This document shows, in pieces, positions 13,221 through 26,328 of a DNA stretch of 64,000 nucleotides. The stretch covers positions 42,222,001-42,286,000 of the forward strand of contig NC_043013.1 in assembly GCF_006345805.1 (NCBI RefSeq). Direction: 5' to 3'. The DNA is from Octopus sinensis. Taxonomy: Eukaryota. The notes beneath the pieces were generated by a model. It did not search any database. It had not been told where the DNA came from and saw nothing but the letters and a program-made list of their open reading frames with translations. The translations under genes and the position numbers were made by a program. Position 1 is the first letter of the stretch. Each line of letters opens with the position of its first letter.

Positions 13221-14654
13221 AGTTAGTTAGTTAGTTAATTTGGCTCAAAAGCAAATAGCAAGGCCATGTAGGGGGTCATGGAGTTAAGTACAGGGTGGTG
13301 TTCATGTAAAGAGTTCAGGCCACTTGAGGTCCAGGGAGGCTTTGAACAAAGCGGTCGTCGGCATCTTCACCATCTCGTCTGGCAGCTTGTTCCACGGATC
13401 CGCAACCCGGACGGAGAAAGCTCCTCTCCTTCGATTGAGATGAAATCGTCGCAGGTAGAGCTTTTTGGAATGACCCCGCAGCCGACGCTCCGGAGCAGGA
13501 GTGAAGAACAGCTCTTTCGAGAGGTTACACTTCCCGCTTATGATGATGTGGGCGAGAATGAGATCACCACGGCGGCGGCGTTTTTCAAGAGAATAAAGGT
13601 CGAGCGTCCTCAGCCTTTCTTCGTAGGACAAATTTTTGAGACCATGAACCACGCGGGTAGCCAGCCTCTGGACTCTTTCGAGGTGCTGTATGTCTTTGAG
13701 GAGATAAGGAGAAGAGGCTTGAATCCCATACTCCAATATGGGTCTCACCAGCGTGACATAGAGTGGCAGGAATATGGCTGCTGTGAGCATTCCGAATGAC
13801 CGTCGAATCAAAAACAGAATTACGCGCGCTTTGTTGGCAGCATGGACGCACTGGGCCGAAGGCGAAAAGGAGGAATCCACCAAGATACCCAGGTCCTTTA
13901 CCTGATCGGTCCTCTCCAGCAGCAGACGACCCGGCTCGAAATCAAGTTGAGTTGCAGGAGTAGAGCCGACAGGCAGATGACAGCACTTTGACACGTTCAG
14001 ACACAGGTCCCAATCGTTAGACCACTTCCAAATTTGGTGGAGGCATCGACGAAGATCCTCTATACTACCGCGAGGAGCGACCAGTTTGATATCGTCGGCA
14101 AATAGAAGGGTGTGTTGCGTGAGGTCGTCGGGCAAGTCATTTATGAAGACTAAGAACAACAAGGGCCCAAGCACTGAACCTTGAGGCACGCCACTGCTCG
14201 CACTGGAGACGTCGGACCGTGAACCATTAACTTGAACTTGGAAGGAGCGATCTGAGAGGAAGGCACCAACCCATCGTACAATATCCGGATGGAAACTATA
14301 TGCTTGAAGCTTGACAAATAGTAGGCGGTGGTTTACCGAGTCAAAAGCTTTGGCAAAGTCCAATAAAACGATGTCAACAGCATCACTATCATCGAGGATG
14401 CGCGTCACCAATTCTTCCATTACTAGTAAGTTGGTCAAGCATGATCTCTTCGGCACGAAGCCGTGTTGGGAATCAGTGATCGAGGCTGTGTTTAGGAGGT
14501 GGAGCATCATACTTTTCTTAAGGATGATTTCGAACATCTTGCTGATTATTGATGTAAGGGAAACCGGTCGGTAGTTAAGCGGGTCTTCGCGGCTCCCTTT
14601 CTTGAAAATTGGGCAGATTATCGCTGTTCTCCAGTCTGCAGGTATAACACCCGT
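13221..14654 (-). mobile_element. 5'-truncated CR1-clade LINE with uninterrupted RT and C-terminal ORF
   Basis: Open frame from 14654 (TGVIPADWRTAIICPIFKKGSREDPLNYRPVSLTS) to the stop at 13302. Motifs QHGF, LDFAKAFDSV, GVPQGSVLGPLLF, FADD and LERVQRLATR. Short 3' UTR and (TAAC)n tail at ~13221-13237. Confidence 0.93.
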
Positions 14655-14690
14655 GTTTGTGTATGTGTGAGAGAGAGAGAGAGAGATCTA

Positions 14691-15283
14691 CAGTTGCGGC
14701 CGAAATGTTCAGAATGGCATTGTTTTTGTCAGAAAAGTAGGTATAATTTTTATCAAAGTTGTTTTATATTCTATAATTTTCACAGACAATAAATACGATA
14801 TTAATTGTTATTGTCTGAGATTTTAGTGTAATTTGAAAGGATAATACAAAAGTTATGGATGATTTAGTGATTTACTGCAAAACCTATGGCAGCCAAAATG
14901 ATCAAAACGGTTGAAAAAATAACAAAATAATCAAAAATGACAGAGAATACTGGAATTATTTAATATTTAGTGTGAAGCCCTTTAGCTTCAATCACACTTT
15001 GACATCTTCGACTGCATGAGGAAATTAAATTTTCAATTTCTTGCTGGGTGATCTTATTCCATTCTTCCTGAAGGGCATTCCATAATTGCTCGGTTGATTT
15101 AGGATTTCTGGCTTTCGAACGTTCTCCTAGAATATTCCACACATTTTCAATAGGATTGAGATCTGGGCTTTGATCAGGCCAATCCATAACAATAACCTTT
15201 TCAGCCTTGAGGAAGTTCATGACCACCTTATACCTACTTTTCTGATGAAAACAATGCCGTTCTGAACATTTTGGCCGCAACTG
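14691..15283 (-). mobile_element. Internally deleted Tc1-family DNA transposon
   Basis: ~55-bp TIRs (cagttgcggccgaaatgttcagaa / ttctgaacattttggccgcaactg) flanked by TA. Retains the C-terminus WPDQSPDLNPIENVW...GLHTKY*. Confidence 0.92.
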
Positions 15284-15839
15284 TATACAATATTTAAGCT
15301 ATATTTATGTGTATTGTATGCTTAATGGAAAAAGTGCCATCTACTCTTTATATGTACACACATTTATCATCCACTTTTCCATGCTTGCATTAGTCAAACA
15401 GAATTTCTAGAAGCTGGATGCCCTTCCTGTCAACAACCCTGACCTATTTCCAAGCAAGGTGGTATATTTCCCAGTCGACTGGAAATGAATGACATCACTT
15501 GTTTCGGTGGTTCTCGTTTACAAATTTCGTTTCTATTTTTGACTCAAGGCCAGGAGTTTCGGCGGGGAGTGGGGTAAGTTGATTACACTAACCTCCAGTA
15601 TTTACTGGTACTTATTTTATTGAACCCGAAAGGATGAAAGGCAAAGTCAACCACAGCGGGATTTGAACTCAAGACGTAAAGCCGGACAAAACATCACCAA
15701 GCATTTTGCCTAAGATGCTAACAACTCTGCCAGCTCACCACCTGAAGCTCATCTATGAATATTAAACAATGTGAAGATATGGGAGATACAAACACACACA
15801 TGCATACATACGCACACACACACACTTCTATATATATGT

Positions 15840-16326
15840 GCAGTGTGCAAGAGAGGAGACTGTGCTGGTTTGGTCATGTAATGTGGATGGATGAGGACAG
15901 TTGCATAGAGAAGTGCTGATCACTTAAAGTGGAGGGAAGTTGTGGAAGAGGATGGCTCAGGAAGACATGGGACGAAGTGTTGAAGGCCAGCCTCAAAGCT
16001 CTGAGCCTTACCAAGAAGATGGCAGAGGACTGAGGTATGTGGCACTTTGCTGTACTCAAGAAGATTGGCCCTATACAACAGAATTGATATCCTAAAGCCA
16101 CAGGGCCACGTAAAAAGCAATGGTGTACTTGCTGGTGCCATGTTAAAAGCACCCAGCACACACTATGGAGTGGTTGGCATTAGGAAGGGCATGTAGCTGT
16201 AGAAACCAAGCCAAAACAGATTATGGAGTCTTGTGCGGCCTCTGGCCTTGCCAGCTCCTGTCAAGCCATCCACCTGTGTCAGCATGGAAAACAGATGTTA
16301 AATGTTAAAGATGATGGTGATGATGA
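15840..16326 (+). mobile_element. RTE LINE 3' end with 3' UTR and (GAT)n tail
   Basis: RRLCWFGHV...GRGW.RKTW, followed by the module aaaagcaccc...ggcattaggaagggc and gatgatg. Confidence 0.75.
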
Positions 16327-18967
16327 TATTCAATAGGCTTCTTTTAAGTTTCCATTTCTCAAATCCACTTATAAGACTTTAGTCACCACTAAGCTATAGT
16401 AGAAGACAGCTGCTCAAGGTGCCATTCAGTGGGACTGAACCCATAACTATGTGGTTAAGAAGTAAACTTTTTAATATCACACAGCCATGCCTTACTCTAC
16501 TCTTTTACTTGTTTCAGTCATTTGACTGTGGCCATGCTGGAGCGCCGCCTTTAGTCAAGCAAATCAACCCCAGGACTTATTCCTTGTAAGCCTAGTACTT
16601 ATTCTATTGGTCTCTTTTGCCGAACCACTAAGTTACGGGGACGTAAACATACCAGTATCAGTTGAGGAAACGAACACAGACACACACACACATATATACG
16701 ACAGGCTTCTTTCAGTTTCCGTCTACCAAATCCACTCACAAGGCCTTGGTCGGCCTGAGGCTATAGTAGAAGACATTTGCCCAAGATGCCACGCAGTGAA
16801 ACTGAACCCGGAACTATGTGGTTGTTAGCATGCCACTCCTACGCCTACACAGCTACTCCTACGCCTTCTTTATATCTTTCTCTGCTTTCCTTCTGCACTT
16901 CCATCACTAATCAGAAGATTATGGTAAACTTTTGGAAATGACTTGATTTAAATCAAAGTTAAATCTAAGATGTGTATAACTAGCAGGTGGTACGATAGCA
17001 TTAGAGATTAATGAAATAACAGATATAACAAGAGTACATAACAACACTATTTCACAGCCCTGAGTGGATGAAGGTTTCATAACCCTCTAGCATTCAGATT
17101 ACTCTGTCGAATGTTATGCTTATTTATTCATACTGTTTTGAATTAAGACTCTTGCTTCTCACAATATAGAAACATTTCTCATGGCACCAGCAGATGACAT
17201 GGTAAAAGCATTGCTCTGGGGGATAGCGAAAGAGTCATGCTGGAACAGCCACTCTGATTCACAGGGTTCACACTTGCAGACAACAATCTCTGCCCCGATC
17301 GTAGTGAGCAGGGATATGGTCCATGGGACCAAGAATGCCAGAGGTCTCACCTGTCATAGACTCAATTATAAGCCTGTCAGAGAGCGACGACATGATCGTA
17401 TATTTTTTGGATGACATTGTAAGGGAAGTGTGAAAGGTCAGATCTGGCCAGTTTGAACATAAAGCAGGTAGGTTATTTGGACCAGATATGGCCAGTTTAA
17501 ATGCTGAAGGGTTAAGAGAAAAATAGCTCAAAATTCATATAAATTAACTATTTTCATACCAGTTTCATCTCAGGGTGCTGAGAGTCAGAGTAAATACTGC
17601 AAGTCGTTCCAACCAAACACCTCTAACTCTGCCAATTTGCTGCTTTTAATTATTTAATTTTTTGATTATTTTATTAGACCTTACCAAACTTACGATTATC
17701 TTTATTGCTTGTCTTTTACTTGTGTCAGTCATTAGACTGCCACCATGCTGGGGCATCACTTTGAAGAATTTTAGTCGAATAAATCAATCCCAGGACTTAG
17801 ATTCCATTTTTTACAAAGCTTGGTACTTACTCTTTTAGACTCTTTTGCAAACTGTTATCACTGTGGTAGGAAAGACTTGCTCAAGGTGCTTATACAGTGA
17901 GACTAAATCCAAAACCATGTGGTTGCAAAATAAGATTCTTAACTACACACTCATTCCTGCACTATACACACAAACACACACATATACATATATGTGTGTG
18001 TGTGTGTATATATATATGTCATCATCATCATCATTTAATGTCCGATTTCCATGCTGGCATAGGTTGGACGGTTTGACTGAGGTCTGGAGAGCCAGCAGCT
18101 GCACTAGGTTCCAATCTGATCTGGCAATGTTTCTACAGCTGTATGCTCTTCTTAATACAAACCACTCTGAGAGTGTAGTGGGTGCTTTTTACGTACCACC
18201 GGTATGGGAGCCAGTCAGGGTGTACTGGCATTGGCCACATTCGGATGTTGCTTTTTACATACCACCGGTATGGGAGCCACTCAGGGTACTGGCATCAGCC
18301 ACATTCGGATGGTGCTTTTTATGTACCACCAGTATCGGAGCCAGTCAGGGGGTACTGGCACCAGCCACATTCGGATGGTGCTCTTTATGTGCCACTGGCA
18401 AAGTGGCCAGTTAGGGGGTACTTGCATCAGCCACATTCAGATGGGTTTTTTTACATGCCACACATACATACATGTATATACACACACACCAAGCCAAAAC
18501 AGATTATGGAGTCACACAACCATATACGTACCTCCTCTATGGTGAGACACCTTTTTCTACTTCTGTGTCTCTCTGTCACAGTCTAACCTTTCATCATCTG
18601 ATGCAAGATCACCTCCTTCAATGCCCTACTACTCTTTCAAAGATTCCTTGTCTTGCAAGTTACTTGGCAACCCTACCAGTGCTGGTGCCACGTTAAAGGC
18701 ATCCAGTCCACATTGTGAAGTGTTTAGCATTCGGAAGGGCATCTGGTTGTAAAAACCATACCAAAACTGACCTCGCCTGTGCTGGTGCCACGTAAAAAGC
18801 ACTCAGTCCACTCTGCTGGGTGGTTGGTGTTAGGAAGGGCATCCAGCTGTAAAAACCCTGGCAAAACAAACAAAGAAGACTGGTGTAGTCTTCTGCCTGG
18901 CCGGCTCCTATCAAACCATGCCAGCATGGAAGGTGAATATTAAACAATAATGATGATGATATAGATA

Positions 18968-19438
18968 CAAGGTGCTTATTAAGCCCTGGTAAGACAGAAT
19001 ATGCAATAGAAGGCCATATGTATTTCAGTAAGACTCTGCACTATCACACATGGCTCTAGTAACACAGGAATGGATAGCTGAAAATGTTCATGGTCACATA
19101 ACTCCTAACATTTGGGCCCCCTAATTCCCCAGATCTCAATCTATTGGACTATTACATGTGGAGCGTTGTTGAGAGAGAAGTCAATGAACACGTCCATAAC
19201 ACCAAAGATTCTTTGAAAGCTGTCAGAGTCAGAGTAACGTCCAGAATGAACTAGGACCACTTGATTCGAGCATGTAGATGATTTAGATCTCATTTAGAAG
19301 CAGTTGAAGCTGAAGGTGGCTTTATTGAATCACATTATAGAAAAAAATCCTCAGCATTTTTGGATAAATTCATTATCTGTTATTATATGATTTTTTTTAA
19401 TAAACATAAATCTGTCCTCAAATATCTTATGCACCCTG
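18968..19438 (+). mobile_element. Deleted Tc1/mariner-superfamily element (DD37D/maT-like)
   Basis: Ends TA-caaggtgc ... gcaccctg-TA. Decayed translation QxDSAxSH...TQEW...IW.PNSPDLN.LDYYMW...EAEGGFIE. Confidence 0.75.
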
Positions 19439-19697
19439 TATGTATGTATGTATATATATATATAATATATATATATATATATACTACATATATGTGTGTG
19501 TGTGTGTATAAGATCTTTTGAAGAAAAGATTGGAATTCATCCATGCATGCAAGTCCCCTTTCTCCATGCCACTAATGTTTATTTAACAGAAAGGATGCCA
19601 GACATTTGGTTAAGGCCATGCTGGAGCACATACTGATCACGAAAACCCCCAAAAAATCCCAAAATAACTTGATTCTTTGATGCTTTATTTATTTCAG

Positions 19698-19865
19698 GTT
19701 TTCAATATGCTGGAGTACAGTATACGAAAGAATGCTGGTGTGGGGACGAATATGGCAAATATGGTCTCTTAGCAGATATTCATTGTTCAAATCACTGTCC
19801 ACAGAACAGCACGGAAACATGTGGGGGTTTCCTTGCTATGAGGGTGTTTAGCACCGGACTTGGAG
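19698..19865 (+). CDS. oxt: Xylosyltransferase exon B (WSC domain, C-terminal half)
   Basis: Acceptor atttcag|GT and donor G|gtaagt; 168 nt, phase 1-1. Translates GFQYAGVQYTKECWCGDEYGKYGLLADIHCSNHCPQNSTETCGGFLAMRVFSTGLG, with the WSC motifs YAG.Q...ECWCG and CP...E.CGG. Confidence 0.93.
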
Positions 19866-20589
19866 GTAAGTTGGCACAAATTGTTTGCTTATTTCCAACT
19901 TCTCTTCTTTCTCCTTCCCTTCATCTTCTCCCTTTCTTCTTCTTATTATTATTATTATTAAGGCAATGAACTGGCAGGATTGTTAGCATACCATGACCCC
20001 TGGGAGTTCACATAACATTTTGTTGCAAAAATTTGTGTAAAATATTGATTATGTTTCTAAAATACATAGAATTTTTTCACAATTTTTTAAATGCAATTCC
20101 TAATAGTATTTAATTATATAAATACTTTTTACTCGTTACTCTTTTACTTGTTTCAGTCATTTGACTGTGGCCATGCTGGAGCACTGCCTTTAGTCGAGCA
20201 AATAGACCCCGGGACTTATTCTTTGTAAGCCTAGTACTTACTCTATCAGTTTCTTTTGCCAAACTGCTAAGTTATGGGGACATAAACTCACCAGCATCGG
20301 TTGTCAAGCGATGTTGGGGGGACAAACACAGACACACATATATATATACATATATACAACAGGCTTCTTTCAGTTTCCATCTACCAAATCCACTTACAAG
20401 GCTTTGGTCAGTCCGAGGCTATAGTAGAAGACACTGGCCCAAGGTACCACACAGTGGGACTGAACCCGGAACCATGCGGTTGGTAAGTAAGCTACTTACC
20501 ACACAGCCACCCCTACGCTTACTATAGGATTTTTTGAACATGGAAAAGTTATGAGGGTCCAGTCAAAAGGGTCCATAGGAAAAAAATGG

Positions 20590-21680
20590 TTGAGAGCCAT
20601 TGTCCTTGAACATTAGTCTCTTTGATGTTTTCTGAGAAGATCTTGTTTGTATCATCTATTTTTTGAGGGCTTTTCATAATCCCGGCCCAATTTCCAGTGT
20701 CTGAAAGCACTGAATTTGTTATGTGTGTATGTATAATTTCCTTCATTACTAATGCAGACAGAATATTGGTGCCTTCTACCTTATTCTTTTAACATTGTTT
20801 TAAGTACTAAATTAATAGATTTATAATATTCCTTCCTAACCTTTTCTTTCAATTGTGCGTATTTTACTTTTTCTAGGTCATTAACTCTGTGTTTTATCTC
20901 ATCCATTTATCTCTACTCCTTTACATAACATTACATGAATGTCCTTTATTTTATTTTCTTCACGGTTAACTTGTCAAATTTTAATAATCTGAATCTCGTT
21001 TCTATTCTTCTAGTAACTCTGTGCACAATCAGCAGCAGTGTTTCTAGTTGTTTATCATCTGCAGAGTAAACTTAGAGGTCACCAATATACAATATTTTAC
21101 TTCATATAACATTTATGTTTCTACTAAAGGTGTTAATGAGGCAGGGAAAAAAAAACGGAGAGTGGAATCCTCTTGCAACAGTTCTCTTTTAATACAGATG
21201 GTATTAATTTTAAATCCTTCTTTAGTATGTATCTGTAGAATTCTTTTCCATTTAGTAGTGTTCTTGTTTATTATTTATGCTCACCTACTTATGATTTATG
21301 TTCCCAGATCCATGTGTGGGTATCACTATCAAAAACCTTTCTGCAAATCAATCCATGCTCAGACCTCCTTTTCTCCTTTTACAGTCTTTTGTTATCATTT
21401 TATTGGCCAGCAATTGCTCTCTGCACCATTAGCATTCCTTTTGGTCTTCTGGAAATAAACTGTCTCTATTTTCTCCTATTTTTTTACCAAGATATTTTTA
21501 CATTTATCTTCTGCAATATTATTGCAGCTAAGGCTTTGTAAGCTGGTTATGGGTCTGTAGGTTTTAAGGGTGAATGTTTCTATAGTCTTGAGGGTTAAAA
21601 CGGTTTTCCTTTCAATGGGAACCAGTCATCTGCTGTTTTTGATTCTTTTTCTGTGTTATTAAATATCTTTGCTTGCATTT
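20590..21680 (-). pseudogene. Highly decayed R4/Dong-like non-LTR RT fragment
   Basis: Minus-strand remnants, in order and across frameshifts: YRPIT, PEDQK...CREQLL, AWIDLQK.FDS..HTWI, LLQEDS and YSADD. Confidence 0.65.
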
Positions 21681-22733
21681 CTATGAATGCTTGTTAAAAG
21701 ATGTCAACTAGAAAGTTTAGAATTTTTTCCATTTCTCTTGTGCTTCCTCTTTTTCATTTTTGTCACTTCTGGGTTGCTACTGCTGCTGCTACTAGTACTA
21801 CTACTGTTGCTGCTACTACTTTACTACTATTACTACCACCACCACAACTATGATAGTCCAGATGGAATGGTGGAGAGGAGGGGTGGAGGTGGAGAGGATG
21901 GGTGGAGGTGGAGAAGAGGAGTAGAGGAGGGGTGGAGGTGGAGAGGAGGGGTGTAAATCAGTGGAAATGTCAGAGCATCGGAGGATATTTTATTTGACTT
22001 GTATCCTTTCTGGTTCTTATATGTTCAGGGTTCAAATTCCATTCATCTAGGGAGTCAATTCCTGCTGGTGGCTAGGGCTAATCACTTGACCATGTGACCA
22101 CATTAGCTATAATGAGATGAGGAGGAGGGGAGGAGAATTTCAACCATCTCCAACTGCGATTAAATGATGATGATTAATGCTTCAGCATGATTTCATTTTT
22201 TCTGTTCCGTTTTGCTTTTATCTTGTTTCTTATCTCTTAACCGTTTCAATCATTGGAAATGCAGCCATACTGGAGCACCACCTTGTAGGGTTTCAGTCTA
22301 ACAGATCAAAGCTAATACTTATTTTTTAAAAGTTTGGTACTTATTGTATTGTTCCCCTTTTGCTGAACTGCTAAGTTGCAGGACCATAAACAAACCAACA
22401 CCAGTAGTCAAATGATGAGGTACAAAGACACACACACACATATATAACAGGCTTTCCATCTACTATATTTGCTCTCAAAGAATTGGTCAAGTCAGGCCTA
22501 TGGTAGAAAGCACTTGTCTAAGGTGCTGTGCAGTGGAACTGAATCCAAAACTAAATGGTTGCAAAGCAAGCTTCTTTACCATACAAGGGGTGGAAGATTA
22601 AGCTGACATATTTTTTATGATGCTTTTTTTTTTTTTGGTGGAGGGCAATATTCTGTGAAACATCATTGCTGAAATGGTGTCAATACAAAGATACACAAAT
22701 GCATAAACACACAAATATATGTATGTATGTATG

Positions 22734-22764
<31 letters not shown>

Positions 22765-22863
22765 GCTGGTTAGCACATAAGTGCAAAACAAGGTGGAAAA
22801 ATAGTACTCAAATACCAAAGGCAGAGTAATATACTTTTTATTAAAGCTGCGAAATTATCACAG

Positions 22864-22905
22864 AACTGTTACTCAGAGTTTTATGATCTCATTCATCAGA
22901 GAGTT
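22864..22905 (-). ncRNA. Decayed minimal hammerhead (G12>A) in a third family (~22780-22910)
   Basis: Minus strand: AACUCU-CUGAUGA-AUGAGAUCAU-AAAA-CUCUGAG-UA-ACAGUU. Same family as 37800-38000. Confidence 0.6.
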
Positions 22906-25900
22906 GTAAACAGACCCCACCCTTTCAGTCATGAATGACCATGTGATTGCACCTAGAAAGTTCCCCTCTGAGGCACAAGTCCAGACAAGGTTGTTTATGG
23001 AAGACCAGCAGTTGCCCATGCGTGTCAGCCTCTCCATGCCACCAATGTTTATCCAAGGGAAAGGCAAAGGTTAATACAGCTTGGCACTAATGACAACACA
23101 ACTCATTTCTACAGCTGAGTGAACTGGAGCAATGCGAAAGTGTCTTGCTCAAGAACACAGCCCGGTCCGGGAATCAAACTCACTACCTCATAATTATGAG
23201 CCTGACACTCTAACACTGAGCCATACTCTTTTTATATATATAAAGGAGTTGCAGGCATGGATGTGTGGTAAGAAGCTTGCTTCCCAACCACATGGTTCTG
23301 TAGCACCTTAGACAAGTGTCTTCTACTACAGCCTCAAACCAACCAAAGCCTTGTGAGTGGATTTGGTGGAGGGAAACTGAAAGAAGCCCATCATATATAT
23401 ATGTATGTATGTATTTGTGTGTCTATGTTTGTCCTCCCACTATCACTTGACAACCAATGTTGGTGTGTTTACGTCCCTGTAATTTAGTGTTTCAGCCAAA
23501 GAGACCAATAGAATAAGTACTAGGCTTATAAAGAATAAATCCTGGGATCAATTTGTTTGACTAACGGTGGTGCTCCAGCATGGCCACAGTCAAAATGACT
23601 GAAACAAGTAAAAGAATCAAAGAATATATACATTTGTATGATTAGATAGATGTGACAGCCTGTGGCCTAGCGGTTAGGGTGTTGTACTCATTATTGCTAG
23701 GTTGTGGGTTCAATTCTGGACTAAGCAACACATTGTGTTTTTGAGCAAAACACTTAGTTTTACGTTGCCCCAGTCCACTGAGCTGTTAATGGGTAACTCT
23801 GTGACGTATTAGTCTTCAGATTAGAGGGACTGTTGAGCTGCTCGCTTAGCCAGTGGGATGGCATCTTTCAAAAGCTAAAACAATGTAAAGTGCATTGTGA
23901 CCAGTGATATATAACAACATCCAATAGCTTGTCGATCATGTAATCACGTGATAGATAGATAGATAGATAGATTGATAGACATTTGCAAAGAAATGTTATA
24001 AAATTGATTTCATTTCTTTTTCTCTTACGTATCTTATTACTTTTCCTTCTCTGTAATAAAAGGAATAATACAGCACATTAGAACTTCTTGTCTTTTCATT
24101 TGGCATATTTATTTTCTCCGTACACATTTTTTGATTTTTATTGTTTCATTTTATATTCTTCCACATTTTCCACCATGTATCTTAATTTAGTAACTTCATG
24201 AATTATTTCTCTCTTCCTGACCTCATGATCCTTCTCATTTTAATTGCTTGCTTTTTATCCACGTAGATCTTCATGCTTACGCCCAACAAATCATTACTCT
24301 ATTGTGGATTGATTAACCATAACATCTATTAGATAGATAGATAGATAGATAGATACATACATACATACATACATACACACCTACATATATAGAGAGATAG
24401 ATACATACATACATACATACATACACACCTACATATATAGAGAGATAGATAGATAGACAGATACATAGAGAGAGAGAGATACACACACACATACATACAT
24501 ATATATGCATGTGTGCACACACACATACACACACACATACATACATATATATGCACACGCACGCACACACACACACACATACATACTTACAAATCATCCA
24601 ACCCATGCCAGCATGGGAGATGGACATTGAGTGATGGTATACACACACACACACACACACACAAGCGCACATGGAGTGTCATATTTCTCTTATAGCACAA
24701 TATATCTCTTGTGTCTTCACATGCAGTTTTTTTTTTTTTTATGTCACTGTGTAGTCTTTGTCTAAAATCTATGGACTGAAAATACCCTCCCTCATCCTCA
24801 CCTCCACTATATCGTACCTAAAAAGCCTGAGGTCACTGAACCAAACAAAATCTCCTTCTTTTCCCTTGCATATAGGCTCAGCCCCTGCAACCCTCTCCAG
24901 CTGAGCATCCATAATCTTGCAGGCTCGTAGGTGGTGGTGCCATGTAAAAAGCACCCATACCGGTGCTGCGTAAAAGCACCCAGTACACTCTGTAGAATGG
25001 TTGGCATTAAAAAGAGCATCCCGCCATAGAAACTCTTCCAAAACAATCAGGGAGCCTGAACAGCCCTTCAATTGGTCAGTTCCTGTCAAACCATCCAACC
25101 CATGCCAACATGAAAAACAATATTTAAATGATGATGATGATGATGATATATATATATAAAGGGAAAGTTTACGAAAATAAACAAAAGACGAAGGCAGGTG
25201 GAGTACAAACAAACAAATGTATTAGTATAGCGCTCAGGAATAGAAAAAATCTTTTACGTTTCGAGCCTACGCTCTTCAACAGAAAGATACACAGAAAAAA
25301 AACAAGGAGAGAAAAAATGCGTGTACACACATATATCATGGTATTGACTAGACTATTAGAGGTTGTTATACACCGCTGGTCACAATGCGCTTTGCTTCTC
25401 TTTAGCTCTCGAATGATGCTGCCCCACTGGCTAGGCAAGCAGGCCAATATTCCCCTCTAATTGGAAAGCTACTTTGTCACAGGGTTAACCATTTACAGCT
25501 GAGTGGACTGGAGCAACATGAAACGAAGTGTTTTGTTCAAGAACACAACGGATTGCTTGGTCCAGGGATCGAACCCGTGATCTTGCAGTCACGAGTGCAA
25601 TCCCTGAACCAGTCAGCCATGTGCCTTCATATATGTGGGGGAAGGCATGTGTGTGACTATGATTATGTCTGTGTCTCTGGGTTTTGATGTTGCATGATTG
25701 TCATAAATGAATGTCAATCATGTCTGACCATGAGGGAAATATCACCTTGCTGGGAAACTGGTGAAGGTTTGGCAACAGGAAAGGCATCCGGCCTTAGAAA
25801 GTCGTGCCTCAATGAGCTCCATTTGATCCATTGCAAGCATAAAAAAGGGGACTTAAAAACGATAATCATCATCATCATCATCATGACAGAATTATAGTTG

Positions 25901-26119
25901 TAGTCATCAGACACTGGTGGTGGCAGTGGAGGGAACAAGTGGATGGGACAGAGGAATTACAGTGTTGTTTTTGTTGTTGTTGGTGGTGGTGGTGTTTAGC
26001 CCCAAGCCTGCCCTGGTGTCACAGTAATGACCAATCCATTTTCTTGTTGTTGTTCTGTTCTTTTTCACGTTATAGAAAAATGGACGTTAAACGAGGACGG
26101 TGACAATAATTTTTTCTAC

Positions 26120-26328
26120 TATAGGCACAAAGCCTGAAATTTTGGGGGAGGAGAGGGCCAGTCGATTAGATCGACCCCAGTACACAACTGGTACTTAATT
26201 TATCAACCCCGAAAGGATAAATGGCAAAGTTGACCTCGGCGAAATTTGAACTCAAAACGTGGTGATGGGTGATATACCACTAAGCATTTCATCCAGCGTG
26301 CTAACGATTCTTCCAGCTCACCGCCTTA
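26120..26328 (-). mobile_element. SINE family C (also ~1655-1870+, 15540-15745-, 57905-58115+, 58145-58360+)
   Basis: Head aaggcggtgagctgg..gaatcgttagc...gagttcaaatt. Conserved core gcc(t/a)tt(c/t)atcctttcggggt(c/t)gataaa..aagtaccag. (ATT)n-like tail. Confidence 0.8.

Noticed and set aside
13278-13799. 173-aa + strand ORF
   Set aside because: Antisense shadow of the CR1 RT ORF.
17181-17414. 77-aa ORF (LLWGIAKESCWN) as an exon
   Set aside because: It is not needed for the in-frame oxt model and has no clear splice sites. It may be an old LINE remnant, but I cannot support that.
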